A stretch of DNA of 64,000 nt. Source: Acidobacteriota bacterium (GTDB lineage Bacteria; Acidobacteriota; UBA6911; RPQK01; JAJDTT01). The position numbers and the translations under genes were made by a program. Each line of letters begins with the position of its first letter. The first letter of the stretch is position 1. Under the pieces are notes generated by a model. That model ran no database searches and was not told the DNA's origin. It was given only the letters and a program-made list of their open reading frames with translations. Location: positions 928,001 to 992,000 of the forward strand of contig CBDCJH010000002.1 in NCBI GenBank assembly GCA_965217775.1, written 5' to 3'. Positions 28,894 through 38,720 of the stretch are shown here, one piece after another.

Positions 28894-29697
28894 TCACCCT
28901 CGGCTCCGAACACCCTTCCGGTCGTAATCGTTGCAGATGGCCGCGAACAGGCCCGGGATGGTGGACTCCGAGGACTCGACCAACACTTGAAATCCATGCT
29001 CGCGGGCCGTCTCTGCCGTGATGGGGCCGATGGCGGCGCAGGGAACGGACCGGACTCGATCCGGGTCCGTTGCCAAATTCATCAGATGACGAACGGTAGA
29101 GGAACTGGTGAAGGTGATGAGGTCGGGTGCGCCTTGATCAAGAGCCTGCTCCAGTGCCACTCGACTCTCTTCGGGGACCACCGTGTCGTAGACGGGAACC
29201 ACTTCCACCTGAGCGCCGCGTCGGCTCAGTTCCCGGGGCAACAGGGAGCGGGCTTGGCTGGCTCTCGGAATCAGGATGCTCAGACCTTCGATCCGGTTCG
29301 AGTGACGTTCCAGAAACGCCTCCAGCACCCCCTCCGCCTGGTAGCGCGTCGGCACCAGGTGAACCTCCCAGCCGAACTGTTTTACTCGCCGGGCGGTGGC
29401 CGGTCCGATGGTGCAGATTCGAGGGGACGGGCCGTCCTTCTCGGACAAGGATGAGTCCAACGCCCGGGCCCGGGAAAGGAAGATATCGGCGCCGTTGACG
29501 CTGGTGAAGAAGAGCCAGTCGAAACGGTGGGCCCGTGAGATGCACGGATCCAGCTCCTGGTCGGGCCGGGGGACGATCTCGATGGCCGGGATCTCCACCA
29601 CGTCAGCTCCCGCCTGCCGCAGAAGACGGGAGAATTCCCCCACTTGGTTGCGGATCCGGGTCACCAGGATTCTCCGTCTTTCCAGCGGACGGCTCAT
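28894..29697 (-). CDS. hemD: uroporphyrinogen-III synthase
   Basis: ILVTR, FTSVNG, IGPATA, VYDTV, FTSSSTV, IGPITA. The ATG overlaps the hemC stop. Confidence 0.92.
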   Translation of the reverse strand: MSRPLERRRILVTRIRNQVGEFSRLLRQAGADVVEIPAIEIVPRPDQELDPCISRAHRFDWLFFTSVNGADIFLSRARALDSSLSEKDGPSPRICTIGPATARRVKQFGWEVHLVPTRYQAEGVLEAFLERHSNRIEGLSILIPRASQARSLLPRELSRRGAQVEVVPVYDTVVPEESRVALEQALDQGAPDLITFTSSSTVRHLMNLATDPDRVRSVPCAAIGPITAETAREHGFQVLVESSESTIPGLFAAICNDYDRKGVRSRG

Positions 29698-30632
29698 ACC
29701 GGACCCCCTTCCTCCAGTTCCCGAAGGATCTCGTCGCCACCCCGGGAGAGGATGGATTCGGCCGCGTCCAGGGCCATTCGGGGAAGCTCGTCCGTGGATC
29801 CGCGGCTGCGGTGGCGGAGGGAGACAGAGCGGTATGGGCTGGCCAGAAGGGCCTGAAATTGGCCGACGCTGGAGGTGAGGGACGCATATGCTCCCATGGG
29901 GACTTGGCAGCCTCCGCCCATCCGCTCCAGAAACCGGCGTTCGGCGTCGGTGCAAACGCGGGTCTGAGTATGGTCGATGGGAGCCAGCAGCTCCCGAGTC
30001 TGCCGGTCGTCGCACCGGCATTCCACGGCCAGGGCGCCCTGGCCGATGGCGGACAGCATCTGGTCCTGGGAGAAGGTGAAGGCGATCCGGTCTTCCAGAC
30101 CGAGTCGCTTGAGGCCGGCCGCCGCCAGGACGATCCCGTCCAGTTGCTGTTCCTCCATTTTCCGGATTCGGGTCCCCACGTTCCCCCGCAGGGGAACGAT
30201 CTCCACATCGGGCCGCAGGAGCCTCAACTGGACGGTCCGCCGAAGCGAGCTGGTGCCGATCCGGCCGTTTCGTGGGATCTCTTCCGGGCATCCGATCCGG
30301 ACTGACGAGACCAGCGCATCTCTTGGGTCCTCGCGTTCGGGAATGGCGGTCAGGCAGAGCCCTTGAGGCAACTCGGAGGGCAGATCCTTGAGGCTGTGGA
30401 TCGCCAGGTCGATCTCCTCCTTCAGGAGGGCGTCCTCGATCTCCTTGACGAACATCCGCTTCACCGAGAGTCCCGAGAACTGCGGTTCGGGCCGCGGCTG
30501 GTCTCCGCTGGTTCGGATCACCCGGATCTCGGTTTCGACGCCGGGGTGGCGCCCCTCCAGCTCATGGCAGACGATCTCGGCCTGCCGCAGCGCCAGGGGG
30601 CTGCCGCGGGACCCCACGCGGATTCGTCTCAT
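29694..30632 (-). CDS. hemC: hydroxymethylbilane synthase
   Basis: GSRGSPLA, FVKEIE, HSLKD, GTSSLRR, RGNVGTR, GGCQVP. Confidence 0.96.
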   Translation of the reverse strand: MRRIRVGSRGSPLALRQAEIVCHELEGRHPGVETEIRVIRTSGDQPRPEPQFSGLSVKRMFVKEIEDALLKEEIDLAIHSLKDLPSELPQGLCLTAIPEREDPRDALVSSVRIGCPEEIPRNGRIGTSSLRRTVQLRLLRPDVEIVPLRGNVGTRIRKMEEQQLDGIVLAAAGLKRLGLEDRIAFTFSQDQMLSAIGQGALAVECRCDDRQTRELLAPIDHTQTRVCTDAERRFLERMGGGCQVPMGAYASLTSSVGQFQALLASPYRSVSLRHRSRGSTDELPRMALDAAESILSRGGDEILRELEEGGPV

Positions 30633-31894
30633 TCCCCTTTGTCCAGACCGAATGCCTGCTTGATCATCTGAATGTTGTGCAATCGCCGCTGCGGGTCCTG
30701 GGTCGGCGCCTTGATCTCCATGATGATGGGGTGCGCGATCCGGCGGGCCGTCTTGCGAAGAATCGTTTCCATCCTATTGGAGTCGGCGTCGGTCATTCCC
30801 TGGCGGCTCTGTTCCAGTTGAGCCAGGCAGATCTCCTCGATGCGGCCTCGGAGGCCGGCGATGAGCGGTCCCAGGTTCATGGAGGCGATGCGCTGCATGT
30901 GGCGCTCGGATTCCTGCAAGACGATCTCCTCGGCCAACTCGGCCTCGCGCCGGCGTTCCCTCAGATTGGCGCCGATCACCGACTGCAGGTCGTCGATGTC
31001 GTAGAGGAAGACGTTCTCGATCTGGTTCACCCGCGGGTCCACGTTCCTGGGGACCGCGATGTCGATGATGAACAAGGGTGCGTACTTGCGCCGGTGGACC
31101 GCTTCGTTGACGGTTTCAGGTCCCAGGACGTAGGAGTCGGAGCTGGTGGAGACCAGCAGGATGTCCGACTCGGGGAGCCGCTCCTCCAGGTCCCCCATGG
31201 GAATGGACGTCGCGCCGAACAGGGAAGCCAGTTGCCGGGACCGGGCCTGGGTCCGGCTGGCGACGAAGACTCGGGAGACCCCGGAGCGAACCAGGCTGCG
31301 GGTGGCCAGTTCGGCCATCTTGCCCGCCCCCAGGAGAAGAACCGACTTGCCCTTCAGACTCCCGAAGATCTTTCGAGCCAGCTCCACCGCCACGGAGCTC
31401 ACCGAGACCGCGGATTGGGAGATTCCGGTATCGGTCCGGACCCGTTTGGCGACTCGAAACGCCGACGGAAGCAGGGCCTTCAGCGCCGTGCCTGCGGCTC
31501 CCGACTGGCCCGACACGGCGTACGCCTGTTTCAACTGTCCCAGGATCTGGGCCTCTCCCGGAACCATGGAGTCGAGGCTGCTGGCCACCCGGAACACGTG
31601 CACGACCGCATCCTGCTCTCTCAGGGCGTACAGGTAACGTTCCAGCGAATCGGGCTCCAGCGAGTGGTAGCGGTGCAGAAAGTCCTTGAGGCCGTGGATG
31701 GTCTCTTTGTCGTCTCCACCCTGGGCCAGAATCTCGACCCGATTGCAGGTCGACAGGATCATGCTCTCCCGCAACTCGTATTCCCGCCGCAGCGTCGCCA
31801 GGGCGGACGCGACCGCTTCCTCGCGGAAGGCGACCCGTTCCCGAATCTCGATGGGAGCCGTCTTGTGGCTCAGTCCGACCAGCACAGGATGCAT
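30629..31894 (-). CDS. hemA: glutamyl-tRNA reductase
   Basis: HKTAPIEIRE, LSTCNRVE, SLDSMVPGEAQILGQ, GAGKM, DIAVPRN. Confidence 0.96.
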   Translation of the reverse strand: MHPVLVGLSHKTAPIEIRERVAFREEAVASALATLRREYELRESMILSTCNRVEILAQGGDDKETIHGLKDFLHRYHSLEPDSLERYLYALREQDAVVHVFRVASSLDSMVPGEAQILGQLKQAYAVSGQSGAAGTALKALLPSAFRVAKRVRTDTGISQSAVSVSSVAVELARKIFGSLKGKSVLLLGAGKMAELATRSLVRSGVSRVFVASRTQARSRQLASLFGATSIPMGDLEERLPESDILLVSTSSDSYVLGPETVNEAVHRRKYAPLFIIDIAVPRNVDPRVNQIENVFLYDIDDLQSVIGANLRERRREAELAEEIVLQESERHMQRIASMNLGPLIAGLRGRIEEICLAQLEQSRQGMTDADSNRMETILRKTARRIAHPIIMEIKAPTQDPQRRLHNIQMIKQAFGLDKGE

Positions 31895-31941
31895 GTTCGA
31901 GATCTCTCCGCTCCGCTATTGGAGGGGAATCGTGGGGCCAG

Positions 31942-32100
31942 GAGCCTGCGCCGCAGAAATTGATCTACTGCGAAAGTGGTAGAATCGGTCCATATTTCCT
32001 CGATTTCTCGGCGAATAGAACAACTATGCACCTCCAAATCGAGAAAATCTGGCCTCGATTCCCCACTTTCTCGCTACGATCATTTCTACCGCGCAGACTC
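31942..32100. mobile_element. MITE-like family B (159 bp, ~65-bp imperfect inverted arms)
   Basis: GAGCCTGCGCCGCAGAAAT...CTCGATTT versus the reverse complement of the right end, GAGTCTGCGCGGTAGAAAT...CTCGATTT. Flanks are CCAG/CTAG. Confidence 0.7.
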
Positions 32101-32904
32101 CTAGAACTGGTGTAGGCCTCCAAAGTAGCTGGCGCCCAGATAGGTGAACAGCACCCACAGGAATCCGGCCATGCTCACCACCGCGGCTCTCTTTCCTCGC
32201 CACCCCGCCGTCAGCCGCAGGTAGATCAGAGCCAGATAGATGCACCAGGTGACCATGGCGGAGATGACCTTGGGATCCTTGTGCCATCCGTTGATCCAGT
32301 CCTGTTCGGCCCAGACGATCCCGGTCAGGAGCCCGGCGGTCATGAAGCAGAAACCGGCCACCAGGAACTTCAGGAAAAGGTCGTCCAGCGTGGTCAGGGA
32401 AGGGAGCTGGTAGTAGAAGGTCTTGGGTTGCTTGTTCTTGAGCTCCCTTTCCTGGAACACGTAGAGGGCGCCCGCCACGAAGGTGACCAGAAACATGCCG
32501 TAGGCCAGAAACATGAGCGGGGTATGCACGTACAGCCAGGCGCTACGAAGCATGGGCGGTATGGGAGAGGCCTTCAGAAAGACCGTCCCCAACATCAGTG
32601 CCGCCACCGCCGGCAGCAGAAAGGTGCTCAGGGCCCGGATCCGATACCGGACGTAGGAAACGAAAAAGCAAAGGGAGACGGTCCAAGCGAAGAACGCCAA
32701 CGAATCGCGAAGACCGGTGAGTGGAAAGCGTGCCGTCTCCACGGCGGAAGCGATGAGGAATCCGGAATGCAGCCCGAAGCCGATTCCCACCGTAATGACC
32801 GCAATCCGAAAGAGGGCCGTCTTGTTGGAGAAGAAGACCAGCGTGCTGAAGCCGAGTCCGGCCACATAAAATGCAAAAGCGATGTTGAAAAGAAGGCCAC
32901 TCAC
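32101..32904 (-). CDS. ccsA: cytochrome c assembly protein (CcsA/HemX-like)
   Basis: About 8 TM helices, WLYVH, LPSLTTLD, TGIVWA...W.KDPK, GWRGKR. Located upstream of hemA. Confidence 0.85.
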   Translation of the reverse strand: MSGLLFNIAFAFYVAGLGFSTLVFFSNKTALFRIAVITVGIGFGLHSGFLIASAVETARFPLTGLRDSLAFFAWTVSLCFFVSYVRYRIRALSTFLLPAVAALMLGTVFLKASPIPPMLRSAWLYVHTPLMFLAYGMFLVTFVAGALYVFQERELKNKQPKTFYYQLPSLTTLDDLFLKFLVAGFCFMTAGLLTGIVWAEQDWINGWHKDPKVISAMVTWCIYLALIYLRLTAGWRGKRAAVVSMAGFLWVLFTYLGASYFGGLHQF

Positions 32905-33091
32905 AGCGCGCCATTATAGCGGAAGTGGAGGAGTGAGAAGTGAGAGAAGAGGGGGTTTCGGAGACTCTGGGGGCGGTGTGTACATGCAGGGAATATGAGA
33001 CAGAGGAGTGAGAAGACGGGAGGCAGCTCGACGGGACGGAGACGCCGCGATTTCATAGACGCGAAGGCGAAGGATCCCTATTGGCTCCTAG

Positions 33092-33249
33092 CAGCCCGTG
33101 GCAAAAGTCATCACGGCATTCGACCGTCCCTGCATCCCGGCGGACGGCGTTGCGATTCGGGCACATACTCCCGGTATGCACCCGAATCGCGCCTTGTCCG
33201 GCGGGCGCAGGAACGGTCTCGGTGCTCGCGGGACTTTCACCACGGACTG
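33092..33249 (+). mobile_element. MITE family A, copy 5 (158 bp)
   Basis: CTAG duplication, in the divergent ccsA/trpS intergenic region. Confidence 0.95.
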
Positions 33250-33443
33250 CTAGTATCTCAATTGTTAGGTATGAGTGGGTACGGCTCACTGTCAGGCCTG
33301 CTTCGACAGTACCCCTCTCACTCCTCATTCCTCACTCCTCGTTTCTCGCGCGGTTGCGAGACGGGGGAATCTGGTAAAACATGGGCGTCGCTTCCGGCCG
33401 CGGCGGCGGGGAGTCCGGGCGGGTTTACTGGGAGACCGAAATT

Positions 33444-34451
33444 GTGACCAAAAAACGGGTTTTCAGCGGAATGAGGCCGACGGGCCGGTTGCATCTGGGA
33501 CACCTCATCGGCGCGCTGGACAACTGGGTCGGCATGCAGGAAGAGTATGATTGCATCTACGGGATCGTGGATTGGCACGCGTTGACCTCCGAGTATCAGG
33601 ACACGCGGGCGGTGCAGGACAACGTGATCGAGATCGCCATCGACTGGATCGCGGCCGGGCTCGATCCTGAGAAATCGGCCCTGATGATCCAGTCGCTGGT
33701 GCCGGAACATGCCGAGCTCCATCTGCTCTTGTCCATGGTGGTTCCCGTGCCCTGGCTGGAACGGGTTCCCACCTACAAGGAGCAGGTCGTGCAGTTGCGG
33801 GAAAAGGATCTCTCGAACTACGGCTTCCTGGGATATCCGGTTCTACAGGCGGCAGATATCCTGATCTACAAGGGGGAAGTCGTGCCCGTGGGCGAGGATC
33901 AGGTTTCCCACCTGGAGTTGGTGCGGGAGATCGCCCGGCGCTTCAACCATTTCTTCGGCCGCGTCTTTCCCGAGCCCCAGGCCAAGCTCACCACCAATCC
34001 GCGGCTGCCGGGCACCGACGGCCGCAAGATGAGCAAGAGCTACGGCAACGTGATCCAGTTGTCCGAAGACCCGGCCAGGATCCAACGTAAGGTCATGACC
34101 ATGGTGACCGATCCGGCGCGGGTGCGCCGGACCGATCCTGGAAACCCGGACGTGTGTCCGGTCTTCGACCACCACAAGGTTTTCACGGCCCCTGAGGGCC
34201 AGGAGTGGGCGGCCCAGGGTTGCCGGACGGCGAAGATCGGCTGCATCGATTGCAAGCGCCGGCTGCTGGAGGGAATGATCCCGGTCGTGGAGCCCTTGCA
34301 CCAGAAACGGCTCGGCTTGGAAGGAGACCGGGAGAGCGTGAAGGAGATCCTGGTAGAAGGAAGCCGCCGCGTTCGGGGCCGCGCCCGGGAGACCTTGGGT
34401 GAGGTGCGTCAGGCCATGAGGATAAATTACGACCGGCGTTCGAAATGGTGA
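33444..34451 (+). CDS. trpS: tryptophan--tRNA ligase
   Basis: SGMRPTGRLHLGH, YPVLQAADIL, VPVGEDQ, KMSKS. GTG start inferred. Confidence 0.97.
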   Translation: MTKKRVFSGMRPTGRLHLGHLIGALDNWVGMQEEYDCIYGIVDWHALTSEYQDTRAVQDNVIEIAIDWIAAGLDPEKSALMIQSLVPEHAELHLLLSMVVPVPWLERVPTYKEQVVQLREKDLSNYGFLGYPVLQAADILIYKGEVVPVGEDQVSHLELVREIARRFNHFFGRVFPEPQAKLTTNPRLPGTDGRKMSKSYGNVIQLSEDPARIQRKVMTMVTDPARVRRTDPGNPDVCPVFDHHKVFTAPEGQEWAAQGCRTAKIGCIDCKRRLLEGMIPVVEPLHQKRLGLEGDRESVKEILVEGSRRVRGRARETLGEVRQAMRINYDRRSKW

Positions 34452-35158
34452 CCGAATCCGAGACCTGTCAAGTTCAGCTCGATGTCTTCGAGGGCCCGCT
34501 GGACCTGTTGCTCCACCTGATCCGAACCCAGGAACTGGACATCCGGGAAATTCCCATCGCCCGGGTGACCCGCCAATACCTCGATTACCTCCAATTGATG
34601 CGGGATCTGAACATGACCGTGGCCGGTGAATACCTGGTCATGGCGGCCACGCTGATCCACATCAAGTCCAAAATGCTCCTTCCCGAGGACGAATCGTCCG
34701 AGCCGGAACCGGAGGAAGACCCCAGGGAGGAACTGATCCGGGACCTGCTCCAGTACGAGCAGTTCAAGAAAGCGGCCCATCTGCTCCACGAAAGAGAGAT
34801 CCTGGAGCAGTCGTCCTGGACTCGAGGGGCGGACGAGTTCGTGGAGGAAGGGAAGGAGATGGTCGTGGTCGACCTCTTCGACGTGGTCCGGGCGTTTCAC
34901 GGGATCGTGAACCGGTACAAGGACCGGATTCTGGTGGAGATCGATCGGGACGACGTGACGCTGGAAAGCAAGATCCACGAGATTCGCCGGCTTCTCCAAT
35001 TGGAGGGAGAGTTCTTGTTCTCCCTGTTCTTCAAGCGGGGCATTTCCAAGCGCCACCTGGTGGTCGCCCTCATGGCGCTCCTGGAGCTGGTCCGCCTGGG
35101 TGAGATTCGCCTCTTCCAGAAAGGCGCCTTCCAGGACATTCGGATCGTGGCATGTTGA
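34445..35158 (+). CDS. scpA: segregation and condensation protein A
   Basis: FEGPLDLLLHLI, EYLVMAATL..IKSKMLLP, LALLEL-like C-terminus. Confidence 0.95.
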   Translation: MVTESETCQVQLDVFEGPLDLLLHLIRTQELDIREIPIARVTRQYLDYLQLMRDLNMTVAGEYLVMAATLIHIKSKMLLPEDESSEPEPEEDPREELIRDLLQYEQFKKAAHLLHEREILEQSSWTRGADEFVEEGKEMVVVDLFDVVRAFHGIVNRYKDRILVEIDRDDVTLESKIHEIRRLLQLEGEFLFSLFFKRGISKRHLVVALMALLELVRLGEIRLFQKGAFQDIRIVAC

Positions 35159-35685
35159 AGGACCCGCTCGCTGCACAGATCCTGGCCGTACTCTTCGTCG
35201 CCAAGGAACCTGTCTCTCTCCCTCAGCTCCACCAGGTCTTTCCGGATACGTCTTCCCAGGACCTGGCCCGGCTCGTGAAGGAGTTGGCGGAAGAGTTCAA
35301 CACGGTCCAGGATTCGGTGGAGGTCCGGCAGGTCGCCGGAGGCTACCGGATGAACAGCCATGCCCGGCATCACGAGATCATCCGGCGGTATCTGAAGAGC
35401 CGGCCTTCGGCCCGGCTCTCTCTGGCCGCACTGGAGACGCTGGCTGTCATTGCCTACAAGCAGCCGGTGACCTTGCCCGAGATCGCCGAAATCCGGGGGG
35501 TCAAGGGGACCTCGACAATTCGGACCTTGCTGGAGAAAAAACTCATCGAAGCTCAGGGCCGTAAGAAGACGGTGGGACGCCCCATTCTCTACGGGATCGG
35601 ACGGCAGTTTCTGGTCCACTTCGGCCTCAACGACCTGAGCGAGCTTCCGACACTCGCCGAGTTCGAAGAGATCCTTTCCAGTTAG
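35152..35685 (+). CDS. scpB: segregation and condensation protein B
   Basis: LSLAALETLAVIAYKQPVT, IRGV, GRPILY, FGL..L.ELP. Confidence 0.95.
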   Translation: MLKDPLAAQILAVLFVAKEPVSLPQLHQVFPDTSSQDLARLVKELAEEFNTVQDSVEVRQVAGGYRMNSHARHHEIIRRYLKSRPSARLSLAALETLAVIAYKQPVTLPEIAEIRGVKGTSTIRTLLEKKLIEAQGRKKTVGRPILYGIGRQFLVHFGLNDLSELPTLAEFEEILSS

Positions 35686-35705
35686 GCAACCCTCCAACGG
35701 CCGGG

Positions 35706-35835
35706 GGAGCGGCGGTTTCCAACCGCCGGACAGGAGCGGCGGTTTCCAACCGCCGAACTCCGGACGAGCCATGGAACAATGAGCGTACGTGGGCACGGGG
35801 GCACGGAGGAAGGGGCGACTGGAACTCGCCCCTCC
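35706..35835. repeat. REP cluster (two GGAG-REPs on +, one on -)
   Basis: GGAGCGGCGGTTTCCAACCGCCG twice, then GGGGCGACTGGAACTCGCCCCTCC. Confidence 0.75.
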
Positions 35836-35889
35836 TTTCAAGCTCGGTTCGCGTCAGGCCCTGACGCCGCGTAAGATTCTCAGGTAACG

Positions 35890-36588
35890 ATGTGGCGTCT
35901 ACAGAAGATCATGGCTCACGCCGGACTGGCTTCCCGGAGGAAGTCCGAAGAATTCATCCTCCAGGGCCGAGTCACGGTGAACGGGAAAGTCGTCGACCGG
36001 TTGGGAACACGGGCGGACCCGGTCCGGGACGAAGTGCGGGTCGACGGTGTCCTGCTGCGTCCGGAGCGGACTGAATACTACATCGTGAACAAGCCGCGGG
36101 GCGTTCTGAGCGCCGTCTCCGATCCCCGTGGCCGGCCCGTCGTCACCAAGCTGGTTCCTTCCCGCGTCCGATTGGTTCCTGCGGGCCGGCTGGACTTTCA
36201 GAGCGAGGGCCTGATGCTGCTCACCAATGACGGGGACCTGGTCCGGACCATTACCCGAGCCGGCGCCCTGGAGAAGGTCTACCACCTCAAGGTGGCGCGG
36301 TGCCCCTCGCCGGGTGCGCTTCGGCGCCTCCAGCGCGGGATTCGGTCCGGCGGCAAACGAATGGCGGTCCGCCGGATCCGGTTGCTGGAGCCGGGAAATA
36401 ACCCCTGGTATGAGGTGGTTCTGGTGCAGGGTAGGAACCGGCAGATTCGGATCATGTTCGACGCCATCGGGCACTTTGTCATGAAGTTGAGACGGGTCGC
36501 TATCGGCCCCTTGCGGTTGGGACGGCTGGCCCCGGGACAATATCGGGAACTTGCGGATTGGGAGGTCCGCCGGCTCAAGCGGGGGTAG
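35890..36588 (+). CDS. rluB: 23S rRNA pseudouridine synthase (RluB/RsuA family)
   Basis: S4 domain RLQK...SRR, GRLD, GRNRQIR. Located after scpAB. Confidence 0.88.
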   Translation: MWRLQKIMAHAGLASRRKSEEFILQGRVTVNGKVVDRLGTRADPVRDEVRVDGVLLRPERTEYYIVNKPRGVLSAVSDPRGRPVVTKLVPSRVRLVPAGRLDFQSEGLMLLTNDGDLVRTITRAGALEKVYHLKVARCPSPGALRRLQRGIRSGGKRMAVRRIRLLEPGNNPWYEVVLVQGRNRQIRIMFDAIGHFVMKLRRVAIGPLRLGRLAPGQYRELADWEVRRLKRG

Positions 36589-36671
36589 GAGCCTGCGTCG
36601 CAGAAAAAATGTTTGGGGGAAATTGACCGATTCGAGGCACGAATAGAGAGGAGTAAGAGGAAGCAGGAATC

Positions 36672-37820
36672 ATGCAGGTATTTCAGCCATTCCAAATGGA
36701 ACGCCTGTTTTCCAGGTTCGAGAAGGAGGTGAAATACAATCTTTCCGAGAGCGGCGTCCATCCGGTCTTGCTCCGGGAACTTGTGGATCGGGAGAACGGC
36801 TATCTGCAAAGTTTGCTGGACACCGATCTGAACTACCCCCACACCAATGGAATCCCCCAGCTTCGGCAGAACATCGCCCGGCTCTATCAAGGCGGAACAC
36901 CGGAGAACGTCCTGGTAACGGTGGGGGCGATTGAAGCCAACTACCTGGTGCTGAAGACCCTTTTGGACGCCGGTGACGAGATCGTCGTAATGCTCCCGAA
37001 TTACATGCAGATCTGGGGACTTGCCAAGAATCATGGCCTTGCGTTGAAAACCTTTCATTTGCGGGAGGAAACGGGCTGGAAGCCGGATCTGGAGGAACTG
37101 GAAGCAGTGGTGACCGCCGGAACCCGGCTGATAGCGGTGTGCAATCCCAACAATCCGACCGGGTACGTTCTTTCCGGATCCGAGATGGACGCCATCATCA
37201 ACATCGCCGACCGGGTCGGAAGCTGGATCCTTGCCGATGAAGTCTATGCCGGGGCCGAGCGCCTCACCGACCAGGAGACTCCTTCTTTTTATGGGCGGTA
37301 CGACAGGGTCCTCGTGACGGGGAGCCTCAGCAAGGCCTACGGACTGCCGGGCCTCAGGATCGGCTGGGTAGTGGCGCCGGCCGGCATCGTGGATGATATC
37401 TGGGCACGCCATGAATACACGACGATCAGTGCGACAATGCTTTCAAACCAACTGGCGGCCCTGGCCCTGTCTCCCGAAGTTCGGTCCTGGCTGTTACGCC
37501 GCACTCGTTCCTACATCCGTCGAGGTTATCCCGTCCTCCGGAACTGGATGGATCTGCATCCGGGCAGCTTCAGCCTGAGGCCGCCGGACGCCGGCGCGAT
37601 TGCCTTCGTTCGTTACCATTTCGACATCAACTCGACTCAGTTGGTGGAACGACTCGCCTTGGAGAAAAGTGTCCTGATCGTACCGGGGGATCACTTCGGC
37701 ATCGATCATTGCGTGCGGGTGAGTTTCGGTCTGCCGCACAGTGTCTTGCGGTCTGCCTTGGACAGATTTCACGAAATGATCGAGGAGCTGTCTTCGAGAT
37801 CGATACTCCGGAACGACTGA
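36672..37820 (+). CDS. PLP-dependent aminotransferase class I/II
   Basis: CNPNNPTG, ADEVY, GSLSKAYGLPGLRIGW. Confidence 0.9.
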   Translation: MQVFQPFQMERLFSRFEKEVKYNLSESGVHPVLLRELVDRENGYLQSLLDTDLNYPHTNGIPQLRQNIARLYQGGTPENVLVTVGAIEANYLVLKTLLDAGDEIVVMLPNYMQIWGLAKNHGLALKTFHLREETGWKPDLEELEAVVTAGTRLIAVCNPNNPTGYVLSGSEMDAIINIADRVGSWILADEVYAGAERLTDQETPSFYGRYDRVLVTGSLSKAYGLPGLRIGWVVAPAGIVDDIWARHEYTTISATMLSNQLAALALSPEVRSWLLRRTRSYIRRGYPVLRNWMDLHPGSFSLRPPDAGAIAFVRYHFDINSTQLVERLALEKSVLIVPGDHFGIDHCVRVSFGLPHSVLRSALDRFHEMIEELSSRSILRND

Positions 37821-37842
37821 CCGCTCGGAGTCTGTGCCTTAG

Positions 37843-38000
37843 CAGTCCGTGGTGAAAGTCCCGCGAGCACCGAGACCGTTCCTGCGCCCGCCGGACAAGG
37901 CGCGATTCGGGTGCATACCGGGAGTATGTGCCCGAATCGCAACGCAGTCCGCCGGGATGCAGGGACGGTCGAATGCCGTGGCGACTTTTGCCACGGGCTG
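37843..38000 (-). mobile_element. MITE family A, copy 6 (158 bp)
   Basis: TTAG duplication. Confidence 0.93.
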
Positions 38001-38099
38001 TTAGAAACGGCGCCGGTCCGGCGGCTGTTGCACCGCGTCGTAGTAAACTGGCAGCCGAGTTGACCAGAAAGGTCGTTTCGAACCGAGGATAGAAATCGG

Positions 38100-38720
38100 A
38101 TGTTCACCGGGATCGTAAGGGAGACGGCCCCCATCAGGGAGCAGGAGATGGGACCCTGGGGCGCGCGGTTGACCCTGCAATGCAGCGCCGATCTCCTGGG
38201 CGAGTTGGAGATCGGGCACAGCATCAGCGTGGACGGCGTGTGCCTCACGGTGTTTCGCAAGACCGGGATTGCCTTCCAGGTGGAGGCGACGCCCGAGACC
38301 CTGTCCCGCACCAATCTTTCGGAAAAGCGAGTCACAGATCCACTGAACCTGGAGCCGGCGGCGAAGCTTTCCGATTTCCTGGGAGGGCATCTGGTGCAGG
38401 GGCATGTGGACGCACCCGGACGCCTGGTCTCCAAGCAGCCCGAAGGGAACTCCTGGATTTTCCGGATCGAAGCTCCAGCGGAAGTGTTGCGCTACTGTAC
38501 GTTCAAGGGGAGCATCGCCGTCAACGGCGTGAGCCTGACACTGTCGGCGTTGAATTCCGAGGGCTTTGAGGCGACAATCATCCCCCACACCATGGCGGTC
38601 ACCAACTTCGGGACGATGGCGGTCGGAGATCGAGTGAACCTGGAAGCGGATCTGATCAGTAAGTATGTGGAAACACACGTTCGTCACCATACTGGGCAGC
38701 CTGCTGATTTTTCCGGCTAG
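38100..38720 (+). CDS. ribE: riboflavin synthase (alpha chain)
   Basis: MFTGIV, SISVDGVCLTV, GGHLVQGHVD, KGSIAVNGVSLT, VNLEAD. Confidence 0.95.
   Translation: MFTGIVRETAPIREQEMGPWGARLTLQCSADLLGELEIGHSISVDGVCLTVFRKTGIAFQVEATPETLSRTNLSEKRVTDPLNLEPAAKLSDFLGGHLVQGHVDAPGRLVSKQPEGNSWIFRIEAPAEVLRYCTFKGSIAVNGVSLTLSALNSEGFEATIIPHTMAVTNFGTMAVGDRVNLEADLISKYVETHVRHHTGQPADFSG

Noticed and set aside
38001-38099. FMN riboswitch upstream of ribE
   Set aside because: The conserved RFN motifs are absent and the space is short.
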